A DNA stretch of 64,000 nucleotides from Eledone cirrhosa (GCA_964016885.1 OZ024756.1:5084001-5148000), one strand, 5' to 3'; shown: positions 1-12,798, counted from the stretch's first letter. The notes: a model not told the origin generated them from the letters alone. Program-made: numbers and translations.

Positions 1-211
1 ATGTAAATGTTAAATTCACACAGATACATATAAATATGTCATAAATGTTGACACTGACACATACACACGCGCACACACACACACGCACACACGTGGGGCA
101 ACACATATACTCACACACATGTATATATTGATGTATTTGCCACCACGATAAAATAAGGTCACCTGGTATGAGAGGAACACGTTTGTGTTTGTCCTATTTT
201 CCATTCGAATT

Positions 212-258
<47 letters not shown>

Positions 259-262
<4 letters not shown>

Positions 263-975
263 TATGTACACGTACATACATATATGTATACAGACGTACA
301 GTAGTATGTATATATATATACATGCAAACATATATATATGTACGTATAGATTCATCGAACATTTATTATAATGCTCGGTGTGTTTGTAAACAAACATCCC
401 GTATTAAGCCGTAGTGTCTAGCAACCATCGTTGCTCGTTTGTTCAACACTGACAAAGGAACGCTGTACTAGTTTCAAGCTTATTAGCTATCGTCAGCAAC
501 GTATACCTTCCTGCCAGATCGTTGAACGTATATACTTACCTTATGCATATTAACGGCTGAGTAGCCCAATTTGCATATCGAGTGGGTTAATCGGCCGGGT
601 GCACCGAAAACGATAAACGGAAAAAATGAAAGAAATTTAATTTCCCACTCTTAGTACGGCTGTTACTTAAATATAAGTATGTAGACGTACATACATATAT
701 GTATACAGACGTACAGTAGTGTTGAACAAACGAGCAACGATGGTTGCTAGACACTACGGCTTAATACGGGATGTTTGTTTACAAACACACCGAGCATTAT
801 AATAAATGTTCGGTGAATCCATACGTACATATATATATGTGTGCATGTATGTATATAAATATGCATACTACTGTACGTCTGTATACATATATGTATGTAC
901 GTGTACATACTTATATTTAAGTAACAGCCGTGCTAAGAGTGGGAAATGAAATTTCTTTCATTTTTTTCCGTTTAT
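259..975. mobile_element. Non-autonomous HHR-bearing PLE pseudo-LTR/retrozyme-like element: 415-bp unit (1.1 copies) plus inverted arm
   Basis: 259-305 recurs at 674-720 (415-bp period). 718-975 is the reverse complement of 450->259 continuing into 673->613. HHR at 460-502, (TA)n on both sides, homologous copy at 48850-49300. Confidence 0.75.
460..502 (-). ncRNA. Type I minimal hammerhead ribozyme
   Basis: Minus strand: ACGTTG CTGACGA TAGCT-AATA-AGCTT GAAA C-TA-G TA^ CAGCGT. Stem I has 6 pairs; stem III is palindromic (ACTAGT). Confidence 0.8.
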
Positions 976-1136
976 ATATATATATAAATATAATTAAAAG
1001 TTTAACAAGGTTCAATGAATTAATCAATGAATAAAGTTTCACAATAGATTATAAGCACTCTACAGTAGGGTTTTCTGGAGTTATTAATATTACTTCAAAA
1101 TATTAATAAATATAGACATTCATGTGATCAAATATA

Positions 1137-1198
1137 TTTTATTATACATATTTCAGAGATACTGAGCTATTTCAACAGTACGTCCTCATCAGATAAAA
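1137..1198 (-). ncRNA. Type I minimal hammerhead ribozyme (left arm)
   Basis: Minus strand: TTTTAT CTGATGA ggacgTACTG..CAGTAtctct GAAA T-ATGT-A TA^ ATAAAA. Confidence 0.8.
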
Positions 1199-1283
1199 TA
1201 AGTTGATGCCTGACATACCTTGACTATGTTGATGACTAAATTATAACCATCAACATAGTCAAGGTACGTCAGGCATCAACTTA

Positions 1284-1345
1284 TTTTATCTGATGAGGAC
1301 GTACTGTTGAAATAGCTCAGTATCTCTGAAATATATATAATAAAA
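1284..1345 (+). ncRNA. Type I minimal hammerhead ribozyme (right arm)
   Basis: TTTTAT CTGATGA ggacgTACTG..CAGTAtctct GAAA T-ATAT-A TA^ ATAAAA. Perfect 6-bp stem I; palindromic TATATA stem III. Confidence 0.8.
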
Positions 1346-1406
1346 TATATTTGATCACATGAATGTCCATATTTATTGATATTTTGAAGTAATATATATA
1401 TATATA

Positions 1407-1584
1407 TAGGAACGAGTAGGACCCCGACGGCTGAACTCAAGCCGTTTCGACGGCTAATTCTGAACGGCTAATTCTGAGCTCAGCCGTCGGGGTCCTACTC
1501 GTTCCTATTACCCACTCTACTACCCTAAGTATTGAGTACTTTGGTGCGTTATGGTCCTCCTGGTTCCTTACCACATTTCCATCG

Positions 1585-1587
<3 letters not shown>
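1407..1587 (+). mobile_element. Short fold-back element, 'GGACCCCGACGG' family (3' half of an HHR plus tail)
   Basis: TAGGAACGAGTAGGACCCCGACGGCTGA ... TCAGCCGTCGGGGTCCTACTCGTTCCTA inverted arms, then an about 80-bp tail with GAGTAC. Other copies at 12252, 24405 and 54049. (TA)n flanks. Confidence 0.75.
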
Positions 1588-1630
<43 letters not shown>

Positions 1631-2138
1631 GTTGAGAACTCTATTCGATTTGTGATGTTTTGTATTCTTGCAATTAGATACACAACTGAATTCATTCGCC
1701 CGATATAGGGGTTGCCTCCCTTGCCGATCCCCACGTGGGGTCAGCAATAGTCAGTCCTTGTATTAACATTGAAATAAAACCTGTTGAGAAAGCCGCTTCC
1801 TTGTTCAATCATCTTACCAGAAGCCTAACATTAATTATTTATATATGTAAGCGGACAGTACGTGATTTAGGAGTCGCAGAAACCGAAATACTGGATTTTA
1901 CCAACCTTCCAAGGGTCCGGGTAAATTTTTCAGTCACAAATATTTTTATTTGTTTGACCCGAATTACTTGATCGTTGTTTTTAGCTGTGCGAATAATTGT
2001 TTAACCATCGTCTCAGTGTGTTTGGCCTTTACGTATGTTGTAGCTCTGGTTCATCTGAATCATTGAGCGCTTGCCACACATCTCGGAGGTTGTTTTTCGT
2101 TATTTCGTGGGCCGAAATGCGATTCTCGATAATTTATT

Positions 2139-2194
<56 letters not shown>

Positions 2195-2267
2195 CGTAAA
2201 ACTAATAAGACTTCGTGCTTTTGCATCTTTGTATTTGTCTTGTCTCACTCTTGAACTATATATATAT

Positions 2268-2368
2268 AATTGTTTCTACTTTTGGCACAAGGCCAGCAAT
2301 TACCCAGTGTATTACTGGTACTTTATTTTCTCGACCCCGTAAGGATGAAAGGCAAAGTGAACCTCGGC

Positions 2369-2372
<4 letters not shown>
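2268..2372 (-). mobile_element. SINE family A, 5'-truncated
   Basis: Reverse complement of the 3' half (CCCGCCGAGG..GCCTTTCATCCTTACGGGGTCGA..AGTACCAG..GTAGAAACAATTA) of the full copies such as 55920. Confidence 0.8.
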
Positions 2373-2460
<88 letters not shown>

Positions 2461-2612
2461 CACCCATATATATATACACACACACATATACATTAATAAT
2501 AATAACAACAATAATAATAACGACAACAACAACAATAATAATATACACATACATATATATATACACATACAGGCACACATAAACATTTCTATACACACAC
2601 ACACGATAGCAA

Positions 2613-2653
<41 letters not shown>

Positions 2654-2779
2654 TTACACACACACATTTGCTTACATACATACTGATAAACACACACACA
2701 CAAGATATATATATATATATATATATACTTACACACACACATATGCCTACATACATACTGATAAACACACACACTATAT

Positions 2780-2810
<31 letters not shown>

Positions 2811-4227
2811 GCGAGTGTATGAGACAATAATAGCGAAACAAGGTATTACTTTAAAAAATTCCAGTTAATTGTATGATGTGAAAAAAGAAAAAAAGAGACG
2901 GATGATAGTAATGTTGTCGATGATGATATTAATGATGATGATGATGATATTAATGATGATGATGATGATATTAATGATGATGATGATAATGATGGCCATA
3001 CAGAAAACAACAACAAAAAAAAAAGGAAAGAGAAAACAAAGGTTTAGTACTGATTTAGAAATGACCATATCTTTTGAGGTTGGATGAGTTATTTGAGATT
3101 TACAAAAGTCTAACATCAACAACTGAATAGAGAAACATAAAAGACAGCTTTTCTTACAGTAGATGTCTTTTACAGGACAATGCCATCCAGATTTACGAGA
3201 ACTTTTAATGATGATAAATCTATGACCCATTATTTTTCAGACCTCCCACCGTTTCCCTGCAGCCATGCTGTGGCACAGATTTCAAGAGTTTTAGTCTATT
3301 ACAGCGGCCATGTTACTTTCACTGGTACTTAATTCATCGTTAATTCATCGTTCTCCTAAGATACGCCATGCCAAGTAATTATTGACGCACGGGGATGTAA
3401 CCTAGTCAATCATTAGTATCATGATTTTTTTTCTGTTCAAAAGTACTGGTCGGTACTCTCTCAACGATATGTGTGTGGCGGGGGTGCCAATTTGGGTGTG
3501 GTGGGTTTGGGTGTGAATTTTATAACATTTTCTGTGATAGAGCACAACTTGAAGCTATCGTCTTCATTTATCAGATAAATATGGTGGTCAGGCAGAGAGA
3601 ACCCATCATACTTCTTGTAACATTCAAAGGAGCATCCGAACTTAGCACTACATGTTACCAACACACTTAATATTACAACGTTTAGTTACGCCATAATGTA
3701 ATACTTACTTATATGGGGACTTCTACGTAGTTACTGAACCAGCTAAAACTAGCAGCTAAATATTTCTGAAACCAAACTATAAAAATGATAGATATTTTGA
3801 ATAACGTAGACATTGAGACATGCGGCCGTGAGAAAGATTGGATGATCGCTGCTAGAATGTCTTTGATCATAGAATTGTAGGATCATCTTTGGCCTGGAGG
3901 TAACCAACATTGCTTCTGAATACAGCGTGGCGTGTATGTCATTTGTTGGTTAGAAAAGACGGTTCTTTCGCTAGCAATCTGGCGCCTTCCTGACTGAATT
4001 GACTGCGGATCTTTTTGTTTTGAAGGAACCCTAAAAAGTTATTAGGATACTTTGTGGTTTGAAACTACGGCATTGCATATAGGAATCATAATATATCTTT
4101 ATCTTGTTTTCTTCTTTGAATGATATAAGGTAAACTGGTGGATTGTGAAAGAAAAAAAAAAATGATTTTGACATTTATGTATCAAACTTTTATTTTATTC
4201 TCGCACATAAAGCGAGGCCGTTAAAAG

Positions 4228-4347
<120 letters not shown>

Positions 4348-5470
4348 TATATATAAGATTAACAACTTCCATTTTTATCACCCTTTCTCTTGTGCAGTTG
4401 TATGATTTACTTTTGAAATATGTTGCTTTGTCGATGAAATGACTTTCTTCTTCTTTCCTTACTTGTTCAAATAATGCTACAAGGGTGTTTTTTCCCTAAG
4501 ATAATCATCATGGAGGGTATTGTTGGAGAGAAGGCATGGAAGAATTCTGAGTAAAACTGTCAGGTTTATGTCTCATTTGTCGGAAACATATTCGTTTATT
4601 AGATGCCATGTTTTATAGACGCTGCATTCAAATTTCTCACCTTTTTATATTAAAACTATTTTATATATAATTTCTATAATGGTAACTGTTTTATTGTTGA
4701 GCGAAAGAAATCTCTTAATATATATCATATTTATAATTCCTTGTTACATTATAAAAACATTTACAGTTATCCTCATGCGTATAACTTTCACATATATCTA
4801 TATATTCCTTGTAAATTGCAACTAATTTATAGTTAATATATATAATATCTCCTGTTTCGCGCATTGACAGTTTTTAAATTTCATCTCTTAATGCATTCAA
4901 TTAAAAAATATTATCTCATTGACTAGTCTTTACTTTTTAAACTCTGACATATAGCTTCTAAGTAAATTCTTTTTATGTCAAGACGTATTACGCATGATTT
5001 TTCATACAATTTTTCTTGAAAATCATCGTTATTGATTTAAGAATATAAAAGAAATTGTTTTTCTTTTCTTTTTTATGGAGCTATTCTCTGAAAAATGACA
5101 AAATCACATGCTATAAGCATATACCTTTCCATTGAAATTGAAACTTTATTCGTATAGTTTCGTTTCTTATGTGAATAGATAGAATGTTAAAGTCGAGTCT
5201 TGATCTGACATACGATGTACAGTACCCCTTCTAAACATTTCGTTTAGTAGAGCGGACACACCATTTACAGAAACATCTTCCACATGTTAATTTCGTACAG
5301 AAAGCAATGTCGATAGTTAAGTTAAGCTTAGCATATTTATTGTGGTGAGCATTAAAATCAAATCTTACTTGAAATAGTTATGCGGTGAGGAAAATACAAT
5401 ACGTATTGTAACTTCTACTTGAGAGGATGGGGAAATTGGAGTCACGAGGTACTATTTAATTCACAACTCA

Positions 5471-5539
<69 letters not shown>

Positions 5540-5931
5540 TTAAATGTCTATATTCCAATGTAAATGACTATAATAACAGTTGATAATTATAAATAATAGT
5601 TGAGATAAGCTGGTAAAATACTCATGGAGAAGGAAAAAGGTAGAGAGAGGAGTCTGTAAAACATAGAATCCCTCAGTGATGCTGGATCAGTGGGTTAGCT
5701 ACTACATCTAGGAAAGGTTGGCAACTAATTACGTTCACTAGGAGTGTAAACTAAGCGTTTGACTTAGGATCATGGGGGAAATATAAAATGTGAAATGTGT
5801 GCATTTCACATTTTAAATTTCCTCTGTCTGTGGGTTTAAGAAAACTGAAATATTTATTTTTTACCGACGAAAATATTTAAAAGTTATCCTTTTCTGGGGC
5901 TTAATTGACGGAAACAGGTCTACTGTAAATA

Positions 5932-6719
5932 ATGTACATACAATAATGGCAATTTCTGTCCGTTTGTGTGTTTGTTTGTTTGTGGATTTGTTTGTGTACC
6001 TAAAACTCAAAAACTACCAAACCGATCTTGATGAAACTTGACACGTGTGTGGGGCTCATGCTCATTTGATTTCTTACGTATATTTCATTTTAATCAAAGG
6101 GTTCCCCGGGGGTTCAAACCCCCGCTTATTTTCCCTTCGACTTATATGAAATTTAAACCATAGGTAAATGACAAGATATGATGCCTATTCACAAAATTTC
6201 AGCAAATTTCAATAATATTTAACCCCCTATAGTGAAAATTTTGGCCAATAAATGGAACAAGATTCCACGAACTCCTCCTATGGTTTTGGAGATAGACCCC
6301 CATAACCATATATATTCTGAAACTACATTGCCCAGGGTACTTGGATAAGTATATTTCATTTTAATCAAAGGGTTCCCCGGGGGCACAAAACCCCCTTAAA
6401 AAATTTTCCCTTCGATTCATATGAAATTTAAACCATAGGTAAATAACAAGATTTCAGCAAATTTCAAGAATATTAAGACACCCTAATTGGGGTTCTATTT
6501 TTTCATTATAACAACACTCAACTTCTCTGACAAACATGTTTTCACCTGACCAATACAATCAACAATATTTGTTTGTATTATTTTTTCGTAAATGAATTTG
6601 TCTTCGCTTTTTATTATCTGTCCTATATTTTGATTTCATTTGTGGTCTGAGAGGCATTGGGCATTTTAATGGGAACTGGGAATACCCACGCTCTTGGTAT
6701 TACCGGGTACCTCAGCTAG
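5932..6719 (+). mobile_element. Non-autonomous Helitron-like element
   Basis: 5' (GTTT)n tract followed by an ACCGATCTTGATGAAACTTG core; internal duplication 6076-6180/6350-6452; 3' imperfect hairpin TACCC..GGGTA then CTAG|T. Confidence 0.6.
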
Positions 6720-7199
6720 TATCTTATTAACAAGAATAAATAATCTTTAAGTTGCACAATACATAAACTAAAATAATTCACAATGTATTTTGTTTAAGTG
6801 TCTACATTCAGTGAAGTTGCTTGATTTAGGAATTAGAGGTTTGTTCTCATGATCATAATGTGTGTTCGACTGTCACATCGTGTCCTTGAGCAATACACTC
6901 ACTTCATTTTGCGTTGATTCAATCCAGTAAGATAAAAAAAAATGATTTGCAGTAGCACTGGTGTCAAGCTGGTTCAACCTTTACCTTTACTTTGGACAAA
7001 TTCGGTGTTATGAAGAGAAGAGACTTACATGTATGGTCGCATGCTGCTTTCCCACAAATCACTTTGTCCACATTTTACAAGCTTTGGCCTTGGAAAGGAA
7101 TTTTCCAGGTGTAGACACATCGACAGTCATAACTGGAGGAAGGTGTAACAATCTGAAAGCAGGAATCGTCATTGCGATCATAGTAAATGAAACTATCTT

Positions 7200-7590
7200 A
7201 GGTCCTCCTATACCGTGGGGCATATTTGGCAATGAGTCTTCTCCAATCTACAAGATCAGCTGCGGCATCTTGCATAGTTTCCCAGTCCAGTCCAATCCTC
7301 AGAAGATCTTTTAAAGTTGGGCGCCAGGTTTTCTTGGGTCTCCCTTTTTTCCCGCTTACCACAGACCTGGATTAATCTCATTGCTATAGAGGGGTTCCGG
7401 TGCTCAGACATGTACAAAGCATGTCCAGCCAGTTTCAACCATATTTCAGCGATGGTGCCAGTCAGTAGCCTCTGTTTACTTCACTTCAGCACGTCTACAT
7501 TAGTAATCCGGTCTCGATAAGTTATTTTCGGGGTTTTCTTAAGTATCTTTGCTGGAAAACGTTGAGCTTCTTTAGAAAAATGTGGGCATG
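7200..7590 (-). mobile_element. RTE-like LINE 3' fragment (decayed)
   Basis: Translation KLAGHALYM...GKR.. followed after a frameshift by a (G)RP..TW-like segment, typical of the RTE-clade ORF C-terminus. Confidence 0.5.
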
Positions 7591-8275
7591 TTTAATTTAT
7601 GTATCAACTATATCAAATGTTTTTCTCCTGTATTTGTATTTTACAGTGTTAGTCAATAAGTACGGGAAGGATGGATTACACCATATACCCTCACCTATTA
7701 CACACTACATGAACACGTATCTTTCAATAACAAATACACAGCCAATTAGTAGTTATAACAACTAGATTCGGGCTATTCAGTGATGCAGATGACAATTTAT
7801 CTAAAATACTCAATATAATTTGTAATTGTAGCTAAGTTAAACATTATGAAATGTTTTCCGTTTTATCTATTACGTTCATTACTAAATTACAAGTGACATT
7901 TAACTTCAACTTTCATGTTATGTCAGCTTATAGTTTCTCTCAGATAAATAGAGAAATAAGTAGAGAAATAAGTAGAGAAATAAGTAGAGAAATAAAAACA
8001 CTCACGCCAATAACAACAAACGAAAGCTATAATAATAAAAATCTAATATACATATACATATAAATATTTCTTCTTCTTCTCCTTCTTTTTCTTTTTCTTT
8101 TTCTTCGCCTTCTTCGCCTTCTTTTTCTTTTTCTTTTTCTTTTTCTTTTTCTTTGTCTTCTTTTTCTTTTTCTTCTTCTTTTTCTTTTTCTTTTTCTTCT
8201 TCTTCTTACATGGGTTTATATATACATAGGATCCTTATCGAGCCCTCTTCGGATTTTAGTCTTTGTATTTGTTAT

Positions 8276-8330
<55 letters not shown>

Positions 8331-8338
<8 letters not shown>

Positions 8339-8349
8339 AAATAACCATA

Positions 8350-8390
<41 letters not shown>

Positions 8391-8401
8391 GAATAACCAT
8401 A

Positions 8402-8444
<43 letters not shown>

Positions 8445-8461
8445 AATAGAGAATAACCATA

Positions 8462-8526
<65 letters not shown>

Positions 8527-8537
8527 GAATAACCATA

Positions 8538-8614
<77 letters not shown>

Positions 8615-8760
8615 GAATAACCATATACTATATATATATATATATATAAATAGAAATAGAGAATAACCATATACTATATATATATATATATAAATAGAAA
8701 TAGAGAATAACCATATACTATATATATATATATATATAAATAGAAATAGAGAATAACCAT
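8331..8760 (+). repeat. Composite tandem array: (TA)n plus AATAGAGAATAACCATATAC, 8 copies
   Basis: Eight copies separated by variable-length (TA)n; the last copy runs directly into the PLE RT frame. Confidence 0.9.
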
Positions 8761-9802
8761 AGAATAGTCAATTTTCTGGATGTAACACTAAATCTCAACA
8801 CATGTCTTCACTATCCATTTCACAAACTAAATGAGAACTTGAATTATGTCACTTTTAGCTCTAATCACCCCAGATCTGTCAAATATACTATAGTGAACTC
8901 TGTTCGAGAACGAATTTCAAGAATTTCATCTAATAAAAATATTTTTGATGAAAAAGCGCAGTATTACAATGAAGCGTTAGCTAGAGCAGGATATAGGGAT
9001 AACATTAAATACATCGATAATAATAAGCAAACTAACTAAAATAATAACAATTTTAATTACGGTAACAACTTTAACAACTATAATAGAAAACATTACAATA
9101 ATTCCAAAAGCCGAAAAAGAAATAGAACTAGAAATATATTATGGTTTGCCCCCCCCCCCCCTTTCTCACTAAATATTAAAACCCATATTGCTAAACTATT
9201 CTTTAATGCTCTTGACAAACGCTTCCCTAGAACACATAAATATCACTCAATTTTTAATAGACACACTATAAAATTAACTTACTCGTCCACCAAAAATTTA
9301 GCACAAAATATTAACAGAATTAATAATAGGAATTTAAAACCTAACCAATAATAACCCAAACAATATTCAATTAAATAACTGTAACTGTAGAAATAAATCT
9401 AACTGTCCGTTAAATAACAACTGCTTAGCTAAAAATGTAGTGTACAATTGTAATGTTAAAACTAATTTAAATTCTTTCAACTATGTTGGTTCCACAGAAT
9501 TTAAACTTCGCTTCAATAATCATAAGAATTCTTTCATAGATCCAAACAAAAAATCCTCAACTTCGCTATCTAGCCTACTCTGGCACCTTAAACGAGATAA
9601 TGTTAAATATTCGATGATTTGGAATATTGTCTCAAAAGGTATTCCTTTTAATTCCTCATCAGAGAGTTGTGATCCTTGTATAGAAGAAATATTCTTTAAA
9701 TTAAAGTCCAAAAATTCCCTTAATTTAAGGAGCAATTTATTCAGTTGCTGCAGACATAGATTGAACTCAACGTTTAAATATAAATATAAATTTAAAATGT
9801 AG
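8743..9802 (+). pseudogene. 5'-truncated, disrupted PLE polyprotein (RT thumb plus GIY-YIG endonuclease)
   Basis: VNFLDVTL...SNHP...RISRISSN...YYNEAL; RNILWF; CNCRNKSNCPLNNNCL; VYNCNV..YVGST.FKLRFNNHKNSF; CDPCIEE; CRH. Colinear with the 36740 ORF, with stops and frameshifts. Confidence 0.9.
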
Positions 9803-11221
9803 TATAATTAATTAAGAAACTTAGTTAATATATGAAACCTGACGATAAATCATTAGATTCCTTCATCTTTTTCTTTTTTCTTTTTAAACTTTCTTCCTAA
9901 ATATAAACAAGGATATAATAAACTACTCTAAAATGTATATGCTCCCAATGTATTAAATAAAATTTACGTAAGATAAATTTCTATACTAAATATAAGGGCA
10001 TCCGTAGAATCACTGGGTCTTCTAAATCTTTGAAATTATTCTTATTTTTTTATTTGTTTTTTGACTCTGATAGCTTCTAATAATTTTCATATGTCTACCC
10101 TTGCAATATCTTGTTTGAGATATAGGTAGGATAGATTTCTATAATAAATATATAAAACATATTATTTTAACTTGAGATACTCTATAGTGTGTTAAAGATA
10201 TTTAATGCTTTGATATTTCTGTATTAATATATTGATATTTGATTATCTCTATACAAAGGCCATTTGTGTGTATTAACATGCATATAAAAGGTTTATGGAG
10301 TTTATTTATGTGTTCGTATATATGTCTGTATATATGCATAACGATGCTGGAAAACTCACGTAGATATTTATTTATACATATGTATGTGTATGTATGGTTG
10401 TGTGTGTATATGTTGATGTATGTTGCAGATATGCATAATATTAAATACATGAACGGTAATCATATATATGAGGACATGAATATTAATCGTATTTTTTATA
10501 TATATATACTGTGAAATTTTTATAACACAAGAAATGTATAGAAGTGATCAAGTGAAATCATTCGTATGTCTATATTATTGAATGGAGTAGACATAATTTT
10601 CTCTCTTTTTTTCTGGACGTACATATGCGTGTATATATATATACATATGTGTATCCGTATTTTTATAAATAGGGTATTTTTTGAAGGTTTTAACTCAGAT
10701 TTTGGTATATTGACCTCAAGGTTTTAAACCAAACATATGGTCATTATTGAACAATGTTATTTTCTCATATTATATATCTATGTCTCATTCATGAATATTG
10801 ATATTTACATTTTTATTATTCATTTCATATGAATTGTTAATTCAACTTAATCTATATAGTACTTCCTCTCTCTATATAGTACTTCCTCTCTCTTGAGTTT
10901 CTCTATCTGTATGATGAATTATTATCTCTCTGTTGCTTTCTTTTGTCTTTCTTATTTCTTTCTTTCTTATTCATTTCCTCCTATCTATTTATATATATCT
11001 TTCTTTTCTGCATACATTCCTTTTCTCTCTCTCCTTCTTTTTTTTCTCTCTCTCCTTCTCTCTCTCCGTTTTTTCTTTCTCTCCGTCTTTTTCTAACTGT
11101 GCTTAACACTATAACTAATAAAATAATTATAAACATCTCACTATCCAGACAGCTTCCCAAAATAGTGGTCGCATCTAATAGGGTACGTCAAAATTATTTA
11201 TAAAACTGTTTATATATTGTA

Positions 11222-11282
11222 TTTTGTCTGATGAAGGCATACCATATTTTAATTTGGTATCCCTGAAATATGTATAATGAAA
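11222..11282 (+). ncRNA. Type I minimal hammerhead ribozyme
   Basis: TTTTGT CTGATGA AGGcATACCA-loop-TGGTATcCCT GAAA T-ATGT-A TA^ ATGAAA. Confidence 0.8.
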
Positions 11283-11412
11283 TAAATATGGTTTTATAAA
11301 TATAGTTTCCATTTATTTAATATCGTATATCTACTCCAAAAACTTGTCGAGTGCTTTATATCAGTTATAAAATATTTACTTGTTGTATCCCAACAATTTT
11401 AAATAGAACTTT

Positions 11413-11469
<57 letters not shown>

Positions 11470-11477
11470 GTATGTTT

Positions 11478-11582
11478 ATCTCAGGTTTAATTGGGGGCAA
11501 CTACAGTAAGTAAGGTACTCAATACATAGCAGAAAATAAATATTTCCTCCGAATGAAACAGTTCTAGTCCTATAGAAGCCAT
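11478..11582. mobile_element. Internally collapsed copy of the 61032-61279 fold-back family
   Basis: Left part matches 61032-61085; right part CCGAATGAAACAGTTCTAGTCCTATAGAAGCCAT matches 61168-61201. Confidence 0.65.
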
Positions 11583-11622
11583 CTCTCTCTCTCTCTCTCT
11601 CTCCTTCTCTCTATCTCTCTCT

Positions 11623-11705
<83 letters not shown>

Positions 11706-11809
11706 CTAGATCTACCAACTCATAATATTATATTATAATGAAATTAAATCAAATTATTTAGAACTACAAGTGAAGTCATTCTTTTCCCTTTTTTTCAAAT
11801 CGCATATTG

Positions 11810-11877
11810 CCTTATCTGACGAACGAATGCGGACTTCTATTGTGTTCGCCTGGTTCGGGAAACCTCAGGTAATGAGG
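11810..11877 (+). ncRNA. Type I hammerhead ribozyme
   Basis: CCTTAT CTGACGA aCGAAt GCGGAC..GTTCGC ctggTTCGg GAAA CC-TCA-GG TA^ ATGAGG. Stem I has 6 pairs. Lies in a 280-bp island between (TA)n tracts. Confidence 0.8.
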
Positions 11878-12009
11878 TAATTATTCTGTGTTGTTTATTA
11901 TACATTAAATATTTAGCTCTGTTACTTACATAGAGCACTTTTCCTTCCTTTTACTTTTTCCACGGAAACTTCAACACTTATATATATATATATATATTTA
12001 TTTTTTTTA

Positions 12010-12222
12010 AACGATCGACTTTCGTCAAATCGGACCGACGAAACAATGTTTCCGTTGGTCTTTCAAATTGCTAATACTATCTATCGGTCGCAACTCCAGG
12101 TAGAAGGAGCAACGTGAAATAAAGTGTCTTGCTCAAGGACATAACGCATTGCCCGGTCCAGGAATTGAACTCACAACCTTACGATTGCGAATTATCTAAC
12201 CACTCAGCCACACGCCTTCACC
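12010..12222 (-). mobile_element. SINE family B (tRNA-derived)
   Basis: Minus strand has A-box TGGCTGAGTGG, B-box GAGTTCAATTCC, then GTCCTTGAGCAAGACACTTTATTTCACGTTGCTCC. Homologues at 57130 and 62900. Confidence 0.8.
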
Positions 12223-12251
12223 TTTTATTTATATATATATATATATATATA

Positions 12252-12386
12252 TAACGGAGGAAATGTGGTAAGGAACCAGGTGGACCATAACGCACCAAAG
12301 TACTCAATACTTAGGGTAGTAGAGTGGGTAATAGGAACGAGTAGGACCCCGACGGCTTGAGCTCAGCCGTCGGGGTCCTACTCGTT

Positions 12387-12390
<4 letters not shown>
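12252..12390 (-). mobile_element. Short fold-back element, 'GGACCCCGACGG' family
   Basis: Tail on the left; palindrome TAGGAACGAGTAGGACCCCGACGGCT-tgagctc-AGCCGTCGGGGTCCTACTCGTTCCTA; (TA)n flanks. Confidence 0.75.
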
Positions 12391-12434
<44 letters not shown>

Positions 12435-12798
12435 TAAATATATGTTTGCCGAAAGTTTATATAATGCCAAAACTATACAGACAGGGTTTTATATCAATAT
12501 TTCATGGAATCCAAGTTTAAGATAATGAGTTATTCTAGACTCGTCTTTATCATGCCATCGCCATCTTTGCAGATAAGTTGCATGTCACTTAGTTGTCAGA
12601 TGAGGATCTTGATTTCGAAGTAGTTCCCATCCATGTAAACGGATAATTCTATTAAATACTATTTAACACACATTACTGGCAATGAGTGAATATTTCTGCA
12701 CTATCCGCCATTGAGATTATCAAGACAAGAACACAATACTCTTACACTGAGTGACCAATATTCAGATTGTTTACTTAAGTCAATTGGGTTATTTTAAA

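Larger units (their letters stand above)
990..1393. mobile_element. Asymmetric fold-back HHR element (inverted pLTR pair plus about 100-bp tail)
   Basis: 1088-1234 and 1248-1393 are near-perfect inverted repeats around a 13-nt spacer. 990-1087 is an unpaired tail with GAGTGC on the minus strand (1055-1060). (TA)n flanks. Confidence 0.8.
8743..11417 (+). mobile_element. Penelope-like element, 5'-truncated, with 1.6-kb 3' region ending in HHR and tail
   Basis: Coding remnant, AT-rich 3' region, same-strand HHR at 11222-11282, GAGTGC at about 11349, then (TA)n. Confidence 0.7.

Noticed and set aside
1629-2135. Ribozyme unit in the 500-bp island between (TA)n tracts
   Set aside because: The context is suggestive, but only CTGTTGA-type near-matches were found and no valid hammerhead fold could be built.
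8331-8760. CRISPR-like repeat-spacer array
   Set aside because: The spacers are pure (TA)n and the repeat is PLE coding sequence.
12590-12650. Hammerhead at CAGATGAGGAT..ATCC
   Set aside because: Core mutated (CAGAUGA), GAAA absent and stems I/III not identifiable; at most a relic.
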